This document shows positions 24,537 to 36,058 of a stretch of DNA of 64,000 nucleotides, piece by piece. The position numbers and the translations under genes are program-made. Source of the DNA: Kondoa subrosea. Lineage: Eukaryota. The DNA is taken from contig BCIN01000004.1 of assembly GCA_039545335.1 (NCBI GenBank), positions 672,925 through 736,924 on the forward strand, written 5' to 3'. How positions within the stretch are numbered: position 1 is the first letter of the stretch; each line of letters begins with the position of its first letter. The notes beneath the pieces are model-generated. The model saw only the letters and a program-made list of their open reading frames with translations. It searched no databases and was not told the origin of the DNA.

Positions 24537-26199
24537 ATGGCTGATCTACCATCTGGTGCATACCCAAGTAGTGAAGGCTCTGATTCCCCTCATAGCGATA
24601 ACAGCATTGAGAAAACGCTCGTCAAACGTAAGAAGAAAGCTGCTGCTGCATCAACTCCTATCAGAGCGCGAAAGACATCAGTACCCAAAGCTAGCAGCTC
24701 AAGAAGGCGGAAGATCAGCACAGCAAGTGTAGTGTCGGAAGCTACAGATGATGCCTTGCCAACATCGCCTAAAGTGCGAACAAGGCAATCTAGTCCTCGT
24801 CTGGTCAAGAAGCAGAAGTCATTAGGCACACAACAGTATAGAACGCCTTTGATCTTTACTATGCTCAAAGGAACGTTGGATCTTTGCCTCTACCCCATCC
24901 AGATTCTGCTCTCCTCCTTCTCGAGCATAATCACCCTTGTACTCTGTTTCGCTGTTCTTCTAGCATTCCTCTACTACACTCTTCGAAATCCTCTCAGTAA
25001 CATGCTCGCTCCTTTACATTCGATACACAAGATAGTCACCTTCAACCCTGCTGTGTATTATTGCGATACGATTGGCATAGGCTGTTCTAGAACAAAGAAG
25101 ACAACTGTAGCTGCTTTAGCTAGAACAGTAGCGGAACAAGCGACTCAAGCGCATGACATCTTTGAATCGTTATCCGCAATGGGTGATCCAGGTAGTTTGG
25201 GACTGCATCACACAGAGTCAGTTCGTTGAATTGATTCAAATTGACAAACACTGATAGCGTAATAGAATCTGGGAACTGGCTGTTGCAGTTTCTGCTACTT
25301 CCAGCTTACCTTCTCGAGGTTCTTTATCGATGTCACTCAAGGAATTGGGGGATCTCACTAGGGATGTCAAAGATCGTATGATCACAATCAAGTTCGTCTT
25401 GGGAGCCTACATATGGATTACTATACTAATTGCTTCGGACAGCTCAATAGGGATCAACTCTTTCTCGTGGACTGTTCAAGAATTCAAGCGGATAGAACAA
25501 ACCATCAAGCATATCTATGCTAAAACAGGTCCATACACTTCTGCTGATATTTCAAGACAACTCGATACTCTTTTCGATCGGTTGGGTTCTAATTTAGAAG
25601 GACTTTTGGCCCATATTGAGCAAACGATACCTAAAGCTGATCGAGCGTCTTTGTTGGGTGGAAATGTGCTGGAAGATTTCGCTGTTGAGCATTCGAGATT
25701 GTTAGAGCAGAAAGAGGTGAGCTGCAGCACTATGATCTAGGATTGGAGCTTATATCGAGGTAGAACACACCGCTTTGGCGCGCCTTGTTGGATAAGAATA
25801 GCTACAAAGGAAGACAATTAAGCAGAGATTTGGATTTGGCGGAAATCAGTATAGATAACCTTAAAACAGCTCGCACGAATCTGTTCGTCTCTTGTCCCGC
25901 TACCTGATTCATCGACTGATGGGCATATAGAGAGGACGCTCGCGGCTTCTTACTACAGTATAGGGATAATGTAGCATACTTCAAAGCATCTGTGATTGGG
26001 TTCCATCTCTCGGATCAGAGCTTAAGTCCCGAGCATGAGGTCGAAGCATTGCAAAATATCATGGCCCAATTCACCGGAGCAGTAGAAAGAGGTTTGTCCT
26101 ATTTTGCATCATCGGAAAACCAGAGCTGAATCATCGCGGAAAACAGCAAAGAAAGGAGAGGGACCTATTTCGAAAAAGAAAAAAGAGATCGGAACATAG
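24537..26199 (+). CDS. Hypothetical membrane protein: basic disordered N-terminus, hydrophobic segment, helical/coiled-coil C-terminus
   Basis: KRKKK and RRRK clusters, TM IITLVLCFAVLLAFLYY, YYCDTIGIGC; exons joined by GT-AG introns to a TAG at 26197. Confidence 0.7.
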
Positions 26200-26458
26200 T
26201 GATCTTACGTTGTGTTTGTGTAGCCATGCAGATACATGATATGTAGTAGCCATGCAGATACACGATGTATCTCCACCGCAGATGAACCGCTTTGCACTGA
26301 TGAAGCATTCAAGCCATGGGAGGCGCTAATTAGACTGACTTTGCCAGACAATAATATATGGAACGAGAAACACACGTTCACCAACATAATCATCGACTGA
26401 AGAAAGGAACCAGAAACGAAGGGGAAATTGTACACTTGCAAACAAGATAGAAAAAAGA

Positions 26459-27434
26459 TTAGAACCCCCTGCCCCTTCCTCTTGAGGAGAAACCACCCCG
26501 TGAGCCACCGCGTGGTGCTCCTCGTCTGCGCAACTTTGAGCATAACGCAAACAATGAAAAGAAAAAGACTGACCCTCTTGGTGCTCCGCCTCGAGAAGAG
26601 AATCCTCCTCTACCTCCTCCTCTAGGCGCTCCTCTCCCTCTTGGAGCTCCTCTTCCACCTCCTCTCCCACTTCCTCTGGCGCCAGCTCCTCGACCGAGAC
26701 CCTTCTTCTTCACAGCTTATAATTCCCGAATTTCAGCAACATGCTATTGAACAATGCCAGAACATACGTTTGGGACCCAACACTTTCGGTTGAGGAATGA
26801 AGCGCTCTATCGGTAAGAGTTTATCACCTCCAATGAAAACTTTGTCTCCTTCTTTAAAAGAATTGGCAACCATGCCTTCGCCCATTTTTATTGTAAAATA
26901 CATTTCGTTGATTGCTCCTAAGATTTCATCCACTTTGCCTCTGTGGTCACTGAGTGTCAGCATATTGTAAAAATGGAGAGGAACAAGGAAAGTCTTTACA
27001 TTGTCGATTTGTTTTCTAAGAACATTGGGGCATTGAAATACGGGACCTGTATAACGGAAGATCAGCCCTACAATTATATCTCGAAAAAGGTGCGCTACTG
27101 ACCTTTGCTGCATTCGTTGAAGCGCAAAGCATTTCTCCTTCAACAGCATGAACAAACTTGCCAATCTCTGCCATTACCCAACTTATCAGCTTTGGGTTTT
27201 CCCTAGTATCACATGAGACTAACCTTGTACTTCAGCTGGTGGCCCATCATTATATCCCCCTTGACAAAGCACATCAGCTTGTCTTCAATATAAGACTTCG
27301 TCCACAATTGTGAACTGACCATATCCACCTCTTCCTCTCGGTGCTCCTCTACCTCCTCTCATTCCTCCTCTTCCTCTATCACCTCCACCTCTCCCTCTAA
27401 AGCCTGAATCCTGACCTCGTCCACGAAACGACAT
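26459..27434 (-). CDS. GAR1: H/ACA snoRNP subunit Gar1
   Basis: RGG-rich termini, GPPAEV, GKVDEILGAINEMYFTIKM, KLLPIERFIP. Confidence 0.95.
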
Positions 27435-28066
27435 TCTGCTTGCACTAATTTACTTTTTTTTACCTGCCTATAACGAGAAGGGGACAGCAAAGAGGTCAGG
27501 AGATATATTCCAGTAAAAAAGAGCAGAAGCAGGTATACAGCTCAGTCTGTGTTATATTTGTTTGGTCGTACGCAGAACGAAAATTTCAAATGTGTTGGCA
27601 ACTTGGCGAAATCGAATCCAAATCATGCATCGCTGTCATGCGCATGCATTTATGCAAGAAGACTCCAAGGACAAACAAAAATGATACTATTGTCAGACAC
27701 TTATGCTTATATGTCGAAATGATACAATGCTAGAATTCATGCCCGATGTACAGTTGCGTATATGCATAGATCCACGAGCTCTCGAGCTGCGATACCACTT
27801 GACGTCCAGATGCCGAGCATAGAACCTATCAAATCAACCGCAACATAGTATCAGCTCCATTCCTTCCCAAAAAATGAATAATTGAAAGGAAGAAACGAAG
27901 AGGAATCAGGAATTGATGCAATATGATCCTCTACTTTGACCAATGTTTATCCCCGAAAGGCAGAGGTCTCTAGAACAGGTCTGTATATGTTTTATCATCA
28001 CATAAAAGGAGAAAAGAGGAGAAAAGTATTGATGATTGAAAATCGTAACTCACAATATGAGAAGGT

Positions 28067-29102
28067 TTATATAGGCGGTCTAGCAGTAGGGGTGATTCTT
28101 TGACTGCCTCCAACTGCGATGGAAGAAGAGCCTTGCATGCTCTCGACAGTTGCTTTCACTTGACTAATGTCTGGACGAGGGGTTCCACTCCTTTTGATGC
28201 CGAATGGTGTATTAGAGATCGTCAATCCGTTCGTAGAGATAATTTCCGGGTCGGTATCGGAAACGAGAACAGCTGGAAAAGAGGCGTCGGCAGGTGAAGG
28301 AATAATGAGCGTATCTGCGTTCTTGCTCGGTGATTGAGGGGAATCGAAAGTAGGTGAAGATGGTCTAGAGTTCTGAGGTGTAGTCTCTCGAACAGAAGAA
28401 GGTAGACTGTGTTCTTTCGGCGTGCTTTGACCCAAAGCGAGATCTTGCAATGCGGCCATAAGATCAGCAGCCAAGGTTTCTGTATTCGGAGGATCCTCTT
28501 TGATCTGTTCCCATCCTACTGGAGGTGAGCCAGGTGGAGAGATAAGAAAGTTCTTGTCTAGCGGTGGAACAGTGAGAGAAGTCGAAACAGGATTTTCGAG
28601 CTGATCTTCTGGAGTAGGAGGACCGTAATAAACGCGGATGAGGGTTCTGCACGCACTATAAGTCGATGTTTCAAACTCGATCAATTCTATTGCTTACCTC
28701 GGTATATACTCCTCAGGCTCTGAAGCAGAATTTGCATGCAAGGACCGTGCATCCTCAATCAGACTCTTGTCCAGCGTTTCCTTAGCTGACTGAGCTTCCG
28801 ACTCTTGATCAAAGACAGCAATAATGCGACCGAAACTGAGTAGCGAGAGAAGAGAAAAAAAGCACAGACAGATGTAAGGCAAAGGTTTCGACAGTTCAAG
28901 GTCAGACGGCGCACGCTTGAAGGGGTGCCCAGACTCTCAAAGTCCCATGGAGAGCGAAGTGAGCGCGTAGCGAATGTAGAAGAGCGGCATCGAAAAGTTC
29001 TGCAGGCAAATTTGCGAGGATGAGTGTGTTGGTGTGAGAGTAAGGGCTTCTGCTGACTGCTGCTCGGGCAGACGATTGGCTGACTTCAGGAACAGCAACC
29101 AT
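28067..29102 (-). CDS. RCN1: Calcipressin / regulator of calcineurin (Rcn1/Cbp1)
   Basis: TNTLIL, FGRIIAVF, KNFLISPPGSPPVGWEQIKEDPPN, C-terminal PTARPP. Confidence 0.92.
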
Positions 29103-29326
29103 TCTGTGAGATGATGGCCAAGAGCAAGAGGCCGAATTTTTTAATGCAAGGTCTTGTTCCCAGTACAGCCGGTATCAGTCTATTCTCAATTGAAAGATGA
29201 GCAGCATGACCAGCTGCACGTCAAACATGGAATGCTAGCCTGCTCTCCTTACTCTGTGTCTCGCTGTACTTCGAGTTATCAAAATCAGCGGGGTTTGGAA
29301 AGAATCCAGCGACGTTCCGTTCAAAG

Positions 29327-30616
29327 ATGCTACAGCTATTGCTTGTGTTCTCCCTTCTTATCGCTCAGCTGGTAGTATCGCATCGCATAGCTACACATCT
29401 GGCTGTGTTTGGCGCTTCTTATACTGATGACGGACACCCACGACCTGCAAACGCGAGCGGAACTCTTATGCCTGCTCCGTATGCGTCCTTCTTCTTAAAA
29501 TGAGGCTCTATGTGATACTTGTTTTAGCTATTTCAATGGTTCTTATACTAACGGACCAACGTTTGGCGATGTTCTGGCCACTCGACTGAATGTACCATTT
29601 TCTTCTTACGGGATTGGTGGAGCTTGGATTGCCCCAGATTTACCAGTATGCATCTTACTATTTTCCAACTGTCGAAAGCTCATTGCGCGACAGTATTCCG
29701 GCCCAGCTACCTTCTTCACATCCGATCAAGTCACTCAGCACCTAAACGAAGTCGAGAATGCTGGTCTTATGGTCGGTTCTGCTCCTCTCTATCTCTGGTT
29801 TCCAGGCATCAACCCAATCAAGTTAGCTTGGCAAAAATTAGTCGAAGCCAATCAGCCTATCTCAGCCGATTCACTGAAACATCTACAAACCAACGCAGAA
29901 GCTAACGGTCAAGCTGAAGTATCTCAAGCTGATCTGATTTTACAACGTATCCCAAATGCCACTGTTGTTCTCATGTCTATTCCACCTTTAGAAATCATTC
30001 CTCAGACTATCGATCTGGTTAAGAACAACGAGAATCGAACGGAATTGTTGCAACTGCTCAAGAATCAAACTATGTTATTCAATAGTGTTCTACAAAAGGG
30101 AGCTTCAAGCGGATCATTGTTCTTTGATGCACACGCTTTGTTAGTCTTGTTCTTGTATGTCGCCGTTTCTTGCTCATCGACTTTCATAGATGGTACAATA
30201 TCTACACTACAAGTGGATTGAACAGCACCTATCCTTGCCTGTTTGATAGTGCTTCGGCGAACCTTTGCGCTCCTTGTACTGGTCCTACTGTTGCTGTGTG
30301 TAACGATGCAGACTCAAGGTTGTACTGGGACGCTCTTGTAAGTCCATTGGTCTGACTCTTTACTGGCTTGATCGCTCATTCTGTTACCTGCAGCATCCCA
30401 CGTGTGTCATGATCTTCATGACAGATAGTATTACATCTAAGCATCGTACTGTGTAGTGCTGTAGTACATCAGCGACTTGCAGATGAGCTATATTCTTTCC
30501 TTGGCAACGGCACTGTCTCACAGACGAACTCCTCTTCTTCGCAATTGAATGATACTGCAAGTTCAGCTAGCTCAAAGTACAATCTCTCAAAGCATCGTAT
30601 TTGGGACGTCCTGTGA
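29327..30616 (+). CDS. Secreted SGNH/GDSL hydrolase (CE16-like)
   Basis: Signal peptide MLQLLLVFSLLIAQLVVS; block I VFGASYTDDG; NGPT; WFPGIN; block V YWDALHPT. Confidence 0.8.
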
Positions 30617-30848
30617 AGGATCTTCTATTATCGCATAGCCCGGTTACGCTCGTATGCAGCAGATCAGTGCGAGCAGAATTCAAGCGGATACTTTTTATCG
30701 CTCAACCTAGATATCTTACTGAAGCATAATTATCGGCAAATACGTGAAGCAGCTATATACATTAGATCTGGCAACGATAGCGCGCAACTGGACCAGAACT
30801 CACTACGGAAGATGAGCATGGCCAATGAAAAATGCACACAAGAGTGGT

Positions 30849-33344
30849 TTAGGTCTTCTGATTTCTAAGGCTGGGATGAAGGACTTGGTCTCTAGGGCGA
30901 AGTGTTATTGCGTCCGTGGCGCTACCAGGGAAGTAGGCTTACTGCAGTGCTCTACCTGCTGGTACCATCTGTTATGATAGATCAGATCGCGCGATAAAAC
31001 AGAGGCTAGTCTGTACTGGGTAGCAATGCTCGTTTTTTACTATTCTTGCCTCAAACAAGATCGGTTGACTACAGACGTGTTGAGTTCTATCCTGCTCGGA
31101 AGTACCAGACATACTTGTTGTCGTACTCCATGAACTCCTTCATCTTGGCTGGTAAATCATGTAGTGAATCGCATGTTATAGCTCGGATGCCCATTGCTTT
31201 GGCCAAAACTATTGTCAGATCAGTCGAGCGCCTACCGATTGTGCTGTACCATACTCATGAAGTCTGGGTTGTGTACCGGCTGCGAAGAACATCAGCGACG
31301 ACTTCAGAATCGCATGACAAGATTAATCATGACATACCGAGAAAGCATAGCGGCTCTATCGGGATTTAAGTACACACTGAGCATGAGAGAAGCCGTGCCC
31401 AAGCGTACTTTATAAAACAAATCTCTGGAACATCACGTCAGAGGATCACATTGTGAGAAGAAAAGCAGAACTTGCTGCCATTGTTCGACCATGCCTTGAA
31501 AGTCATTGTTGAGCAAGAGGATCTTCACTCCGATCTTGTATTGAGCAGCAGTGACCATCTCCATAGCAGTCATACTGAATGAAGCATCGCCATCGATATC
31601 TACGACAATCTTATCCGGTGCAGCGATCTTAGCTCCGATAGCAGCTGGTAGGCCAAATCCCATGGTCTGAATCTGGAACTTCAGGACAGCGCAGAACCCT
31701 GATAATACACTGACTCCCAGACCACCGGAAGAAATCCATGAGGCGCGGTGTTGCCAACGATAAAATTGAGCAGCCCACATCTAGATAATCTTCAGACGGG
31801 CAAATTTGCATCGGACAATAACTGACTTGATGCTGACCAACACCGGTTGTGATGACCACTTTATCTTTCATACCTCTGCAATAGTCATTCAACGCTTCTA
31901 TCACTTCTTGTGGCTTCATCATTTCGCCTTTCTTTGGTTCTGATGGTGTATATGTGAAAGGATACCGCAGCTTCCAGGTCTGGACTTGTCGAATCCACTC
32001 TGGTCGCGAGTTGACTTGTTTAGGTAGCATCGGTAGAAGCGCAGACAGAGATTGTGCAGCATCTCCCACGACAGCACACGTCGCTTGCACAACTTTATTA
32101 ATATTCTTCGGCAGTATATCGAAATGAATGATTCCACCAGTTGCGTCTAGAGCGGCTTGACGAGCCATAGGTGCAAAGGTATCGACTCGACCAGTCACTC
32201 GATCGTCGAATCTTGCTCCCAAGGCTATGATGAGATCGGCTTCTTGAATGGCCAAATTTGCGTAAGCAGAGCCATGCATTCCAACAAAGTGTAGACTTCT
32301 TTCATTCTCTTCGTCAAACGCTCCAAGGCCTTGAAGAGTTGTAATTACGGGTATTTGACATCGTTCGGATATCTCAGCAAGTAGTTTCGGGCCTTCTGCT
32401 CTTGCCAGCATGCCTGCTCCAGCGTAAATAACAGGGCGCTTCGAGGAAATGATAAGCTCAGCAGCTTTTGACAAAGCAGCGTTATCGAGCGAAGGACGGT
32501 TGTCAGGCAAGTCCAGAGGGTTTGTAGGTATGTTCTCCTGCGCTCTTTCCGGTTCGGTATAGCGCCGCGGAAGAGGCTGTCGCAGAATTATAGCTGTCAC
32601 ATCCTTTGGAAGATCTACCAGCACTGGACCAGGGCGACCCAGCTTTGCGATCTTGAAAGCTTCATTGATCCGGCGCGGAAGTTCTGCAACATCTTTGACC
32701 ATAACATTCCATTTTGTACAGGCGCGGCTGATACCGAGTATGTCGGCTTCTTGAAAGGCATCTGTACCAATAGCGCTTGTCGACACTTGCCCGGTAAAGA
32801 CGACTAGCGGAATTCCATCAGACAGAGCGTCTTGCAATGCTGTAATACAGTTTGTCGCTCCCTGGTTATAGTCAGCCAATTCACTTTGAGAAGGAAGAAG
32901 GGAATAACTTACTGGACCACTCGTCACGAGTACTACTCCAACTTTACCAGAACATCGAGCATACCCTTCTGCCATATGTCCAGCTCCCTGTTCGTGCCTC
33001 GGAATGATAAGGTCAAAGTTTGGCGATTTGAAAATGACATCAAATATGTGCAGAATAGCACCTCCAGGGTAACCGAATATGTGCTTTACTTGATGCCTTC
33101 TCATCATTTCATGAAATATTTGAGCACCATCCTTGCCCACGAGCGAAAAGTCCAAATCTTCTTTCGCTGTTTGACTTTCAGTAAGAGCTGCTCTGGCAAA
33201 GGAACCATCAAGAGCCTTCTTTTGCACCGTTGGAGCCAAGCAAGTAGCTACACTAGAATTTCATCTATGCAATCGGAGTCCAGTCAATCCAGAAGCAGAC
33301 TGTCGCTGGACGCGAGCAAAACTTCTTGCTAAATGATCCCGCAT
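30849..33344 (-). CDS. ILV2: Acetolactate synthase catalytic subunit, mitochondrial
   Basis: [70 protein letters not shown]...NN TPP motif. Start at 33344 requires a 48-nt intron or recoding of a TGA. Confidence 0.95.
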
Positions 33345-33921
33345 TCGAAGTGTGATCAGCCACATCAACAGCAGTGGAGGTAGATGAGAGAGAAGAAATG
33401 AACAGAGAAACCTGAGTAATGTATGTACTGTAATCGAGTAGCAGCAGTGCTAAACAATGGATGGATTGCATGTTCTTATTACTGCTCGTACGTCAACCAG
33501 CAGAGCTGCAGACCATCAAGGAGCTGTTGGAGGCAGGTATTTATCTGCCTGTATGCCTGAACAGGTGGTGCAGTAGAGCAGAAGCAGCAGAGATCGATGA
33601 CATTTTTGTATTAGATTGACAATAGATTGACTAAAGAGCAGATGTTGCTGTTTGCGGTGGCATCCTACAAAAAGAGGTAACAAGAGATCATCGAAGCATG
33701 CTATGCTATATCATCAAGTGTGCTTGGTATATAACGGTAGAGAGACAATCAAGGCCGCTGCGGGTCGAAGCCTACAGTCCCGTCAAGTGCTACCTCGTTG
33801 TGCTGAACGAGGACACACGCTGTTTAGCAGCCCCTAATCGACAAGACCTTCAGATCCTGTCCTCGCGAAAGACCTTCATGCCTTTTTGATTTTCGCGTTA
33901 CCGTCCCAACCGATCTTGCTG

Positions 33922-35386
33922 TCAAGCATCCATGCCAGTATTGGTGGACGATTCTTTGTAGTGCAGAAACCATTGACCATACTGTAATGACATGGCGTCG
34001 ATGCAGCAGAATCTGGAGCTATATGATCGCACTCACCATCTCATTGGCAGTCAGTGTTAGTGCTTGGAATAAAAGCATCAGCAGCCAGTTCGGACAACTG
34101 TTGACACAGCCGCGCTGACCAGTATGAGGACCGATACGCAAGAGATGTGCGAATGATCCTTTGTACCATCCCATGAGTCCTTCAGTCCTTAGTGTCTTTG
34201 CCAGACAATCCAGCGGATTTCTGGTCGTTGATCGCTTTAGCTCGTCCCTAGATTTGTGCACAGGTGATTCCAACTGACTTGTACAGCAAGCCTCGCGCTT
34301 TCCCATCAGGACCAATCGCATCTGGACTCTGATTGTACATCCTTGTCAAAGCAGTGTCTGCGGAAGTTTTAGCATGAGCAGGTATATGGGAGTCTTGGTT
34401 GACCTGGCGGCTGCATCAGCAGTAGCGTGCAGAAACCCTGAGCTAAGCATTAATCTTCCGCAATACTTTCAAGCAGCGGGAAAACATACCGAAAACATAG
34501 AGCTCAACAGGTATGTGAAGAAGTTATTGTCTGCCATCAAGTCACTCTTGACCAGACTTTGCTTCGCAAAATTGTAAGCTGGCAGTTGCGCGGCTCCGCC
34601 TAACGCTGTCCTGTACATTGCAGCATCCATTCCTCTTGCTAGACCTTTCCAGCCTTCTTTCGATACAATGCTGTATAATGCGTTTGAAACGGAAGTATAG
34701 CTATGTTGCGCACCAACGGGATGGAAAGGACTGTAAGCTTGCATTCTAGCTTTGACAAGAAACAGAGGATTGCCAGCGACAGCTCCAAGAGCGGCAGTGG
34801 TCGCCCCCGATAGTATGTTGATGGGTAATATATGGACTGAAGAGTTATAGCCCAACATAGAGTTGACAGATACTCGAAGCGGATCGTATAAACCAAGCCG
34901 AAAGCCATTCCTATGTCTGCTTTAGCTTGAAATGGCAAAGATGTCCAGCGAATGTACACACATCAGGACTTGATAGGAATAGGCTGCGCCCAGTGCTCGC
35001 TGAACGCCAGTTATGCCTTCATATCGCCATACTGTGGAGAATGTTCAGTAAGCCGTTGAATCCTCAATGCTCCGACCATACTTTTTCTCAATGCGTCAAA
35101 CACGCTAGCGTAGACTTTAACCGGAGGTGATGATCCAGTAGTGGCCTTCCGGGATTGCATCTCACCATCCAGTTGTAAGCGCGTCTTGGCTACTTCCTGA
35201 TCTTCCGATCAGTAGCTGTATGTACGTGGCACGAAAAGATGGACCATAGGATTTGTGATTGTGACAGACGTGCAAGCTGCCATTCCACCGACGCAGAATC
35301 CCTCTGAGACATGAATTCAGTACGTTTAGAGGCTTCATATTCCACTCACCAAAAGTGCTGAGCTGGGGCTTGACAGACATGCTCAT
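33922..35386 (-). CDS. OAC1: Mitochondrial oxaloacetate/isopropylmalate carrier
   Basis: TNP-EVAKTRLQLDGE, LGAAYSYQ, NGFRLGLYDP, GNPLFLVKARMQAYSP..PVGAQH, AQLPAYN, PADTALTRMYNQ, LRIGPHT. Confidence 0.9.
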
Positions 35387-36058
35387 ATCCAGAGGAAGAG
35401 GTCGAAAGAAGAAAGCAAAGAGAAGCGAAGAGAAAAGAAAATGCAGTGTTACGTTAGTACAGTCAGCAACTTCGTTCCATAGATTTACTACTCCATTGAG
35501 GAAGTCAGAGAGATGTGGCTATATGTACATGATGTACGACAGATCCAGATGAATAATCGCGAAGAGCCTTAAAAACCAGTCAACTTCAGTTGTCAAGAGG
35601 TGGAGGTGGAATTGAGGAATTTCGGCGAGTCTGGAATGTGCGAAAGAGTTCGAGCCACGCGTGTCTGTCCTTCCGAGCTCTACAGAGCACCGACATGCAA
35701 AGCTTTTTTCATGTTATGGTAGCCAGCTTAAAACAAGCTAAAATAGTTTGGCGAACACCTCCGTGTGGTATCTGTGTGAAGACTCGTACTCGATCTCTTT
35801 GTTCTCGAAGCAACAGTTGCAAGTATTCTGTATTATAGCTGAAGACTGCCAGTTTGCCTTGTTTGCCAATTAATCATTGTTCCCTCTTGTAAAACCAACA
35901 TTACTGAGACACTGGAACAATGAGACTGAACGCTCTTCACTCCTCGCTAAGATAAGATGGGCTGTCAGCCAGTAGAAGAAGCTCCAAAAGATGGGCAACT
36001 TACGATAACTGAAGGAAGTCAATCGAGCTGTCCCACTCACTCACGCTCGCCATCTGCT

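Noticed and set aside
26326..26670. Glu-rich alternative-frame ORF over GAR1
   Set aside because: Frame-shifted reading of the GGA/AGA-rich RGG repeats
19118..30616. Secondary-metabolite cluster around the P450 and esterase
   Set aside because: No backbone enzyme (PKS, NRPS, terpene synthase), transporter or cluster regulator; neighbours are housekeeping genes
33752..33765. CCGCTGCGG upstream of ILV2 as a Leu3 site
   Set aside because: Spacing is CCG-N3-CGG, not the CCG-N4-CGG Leu3 consensus
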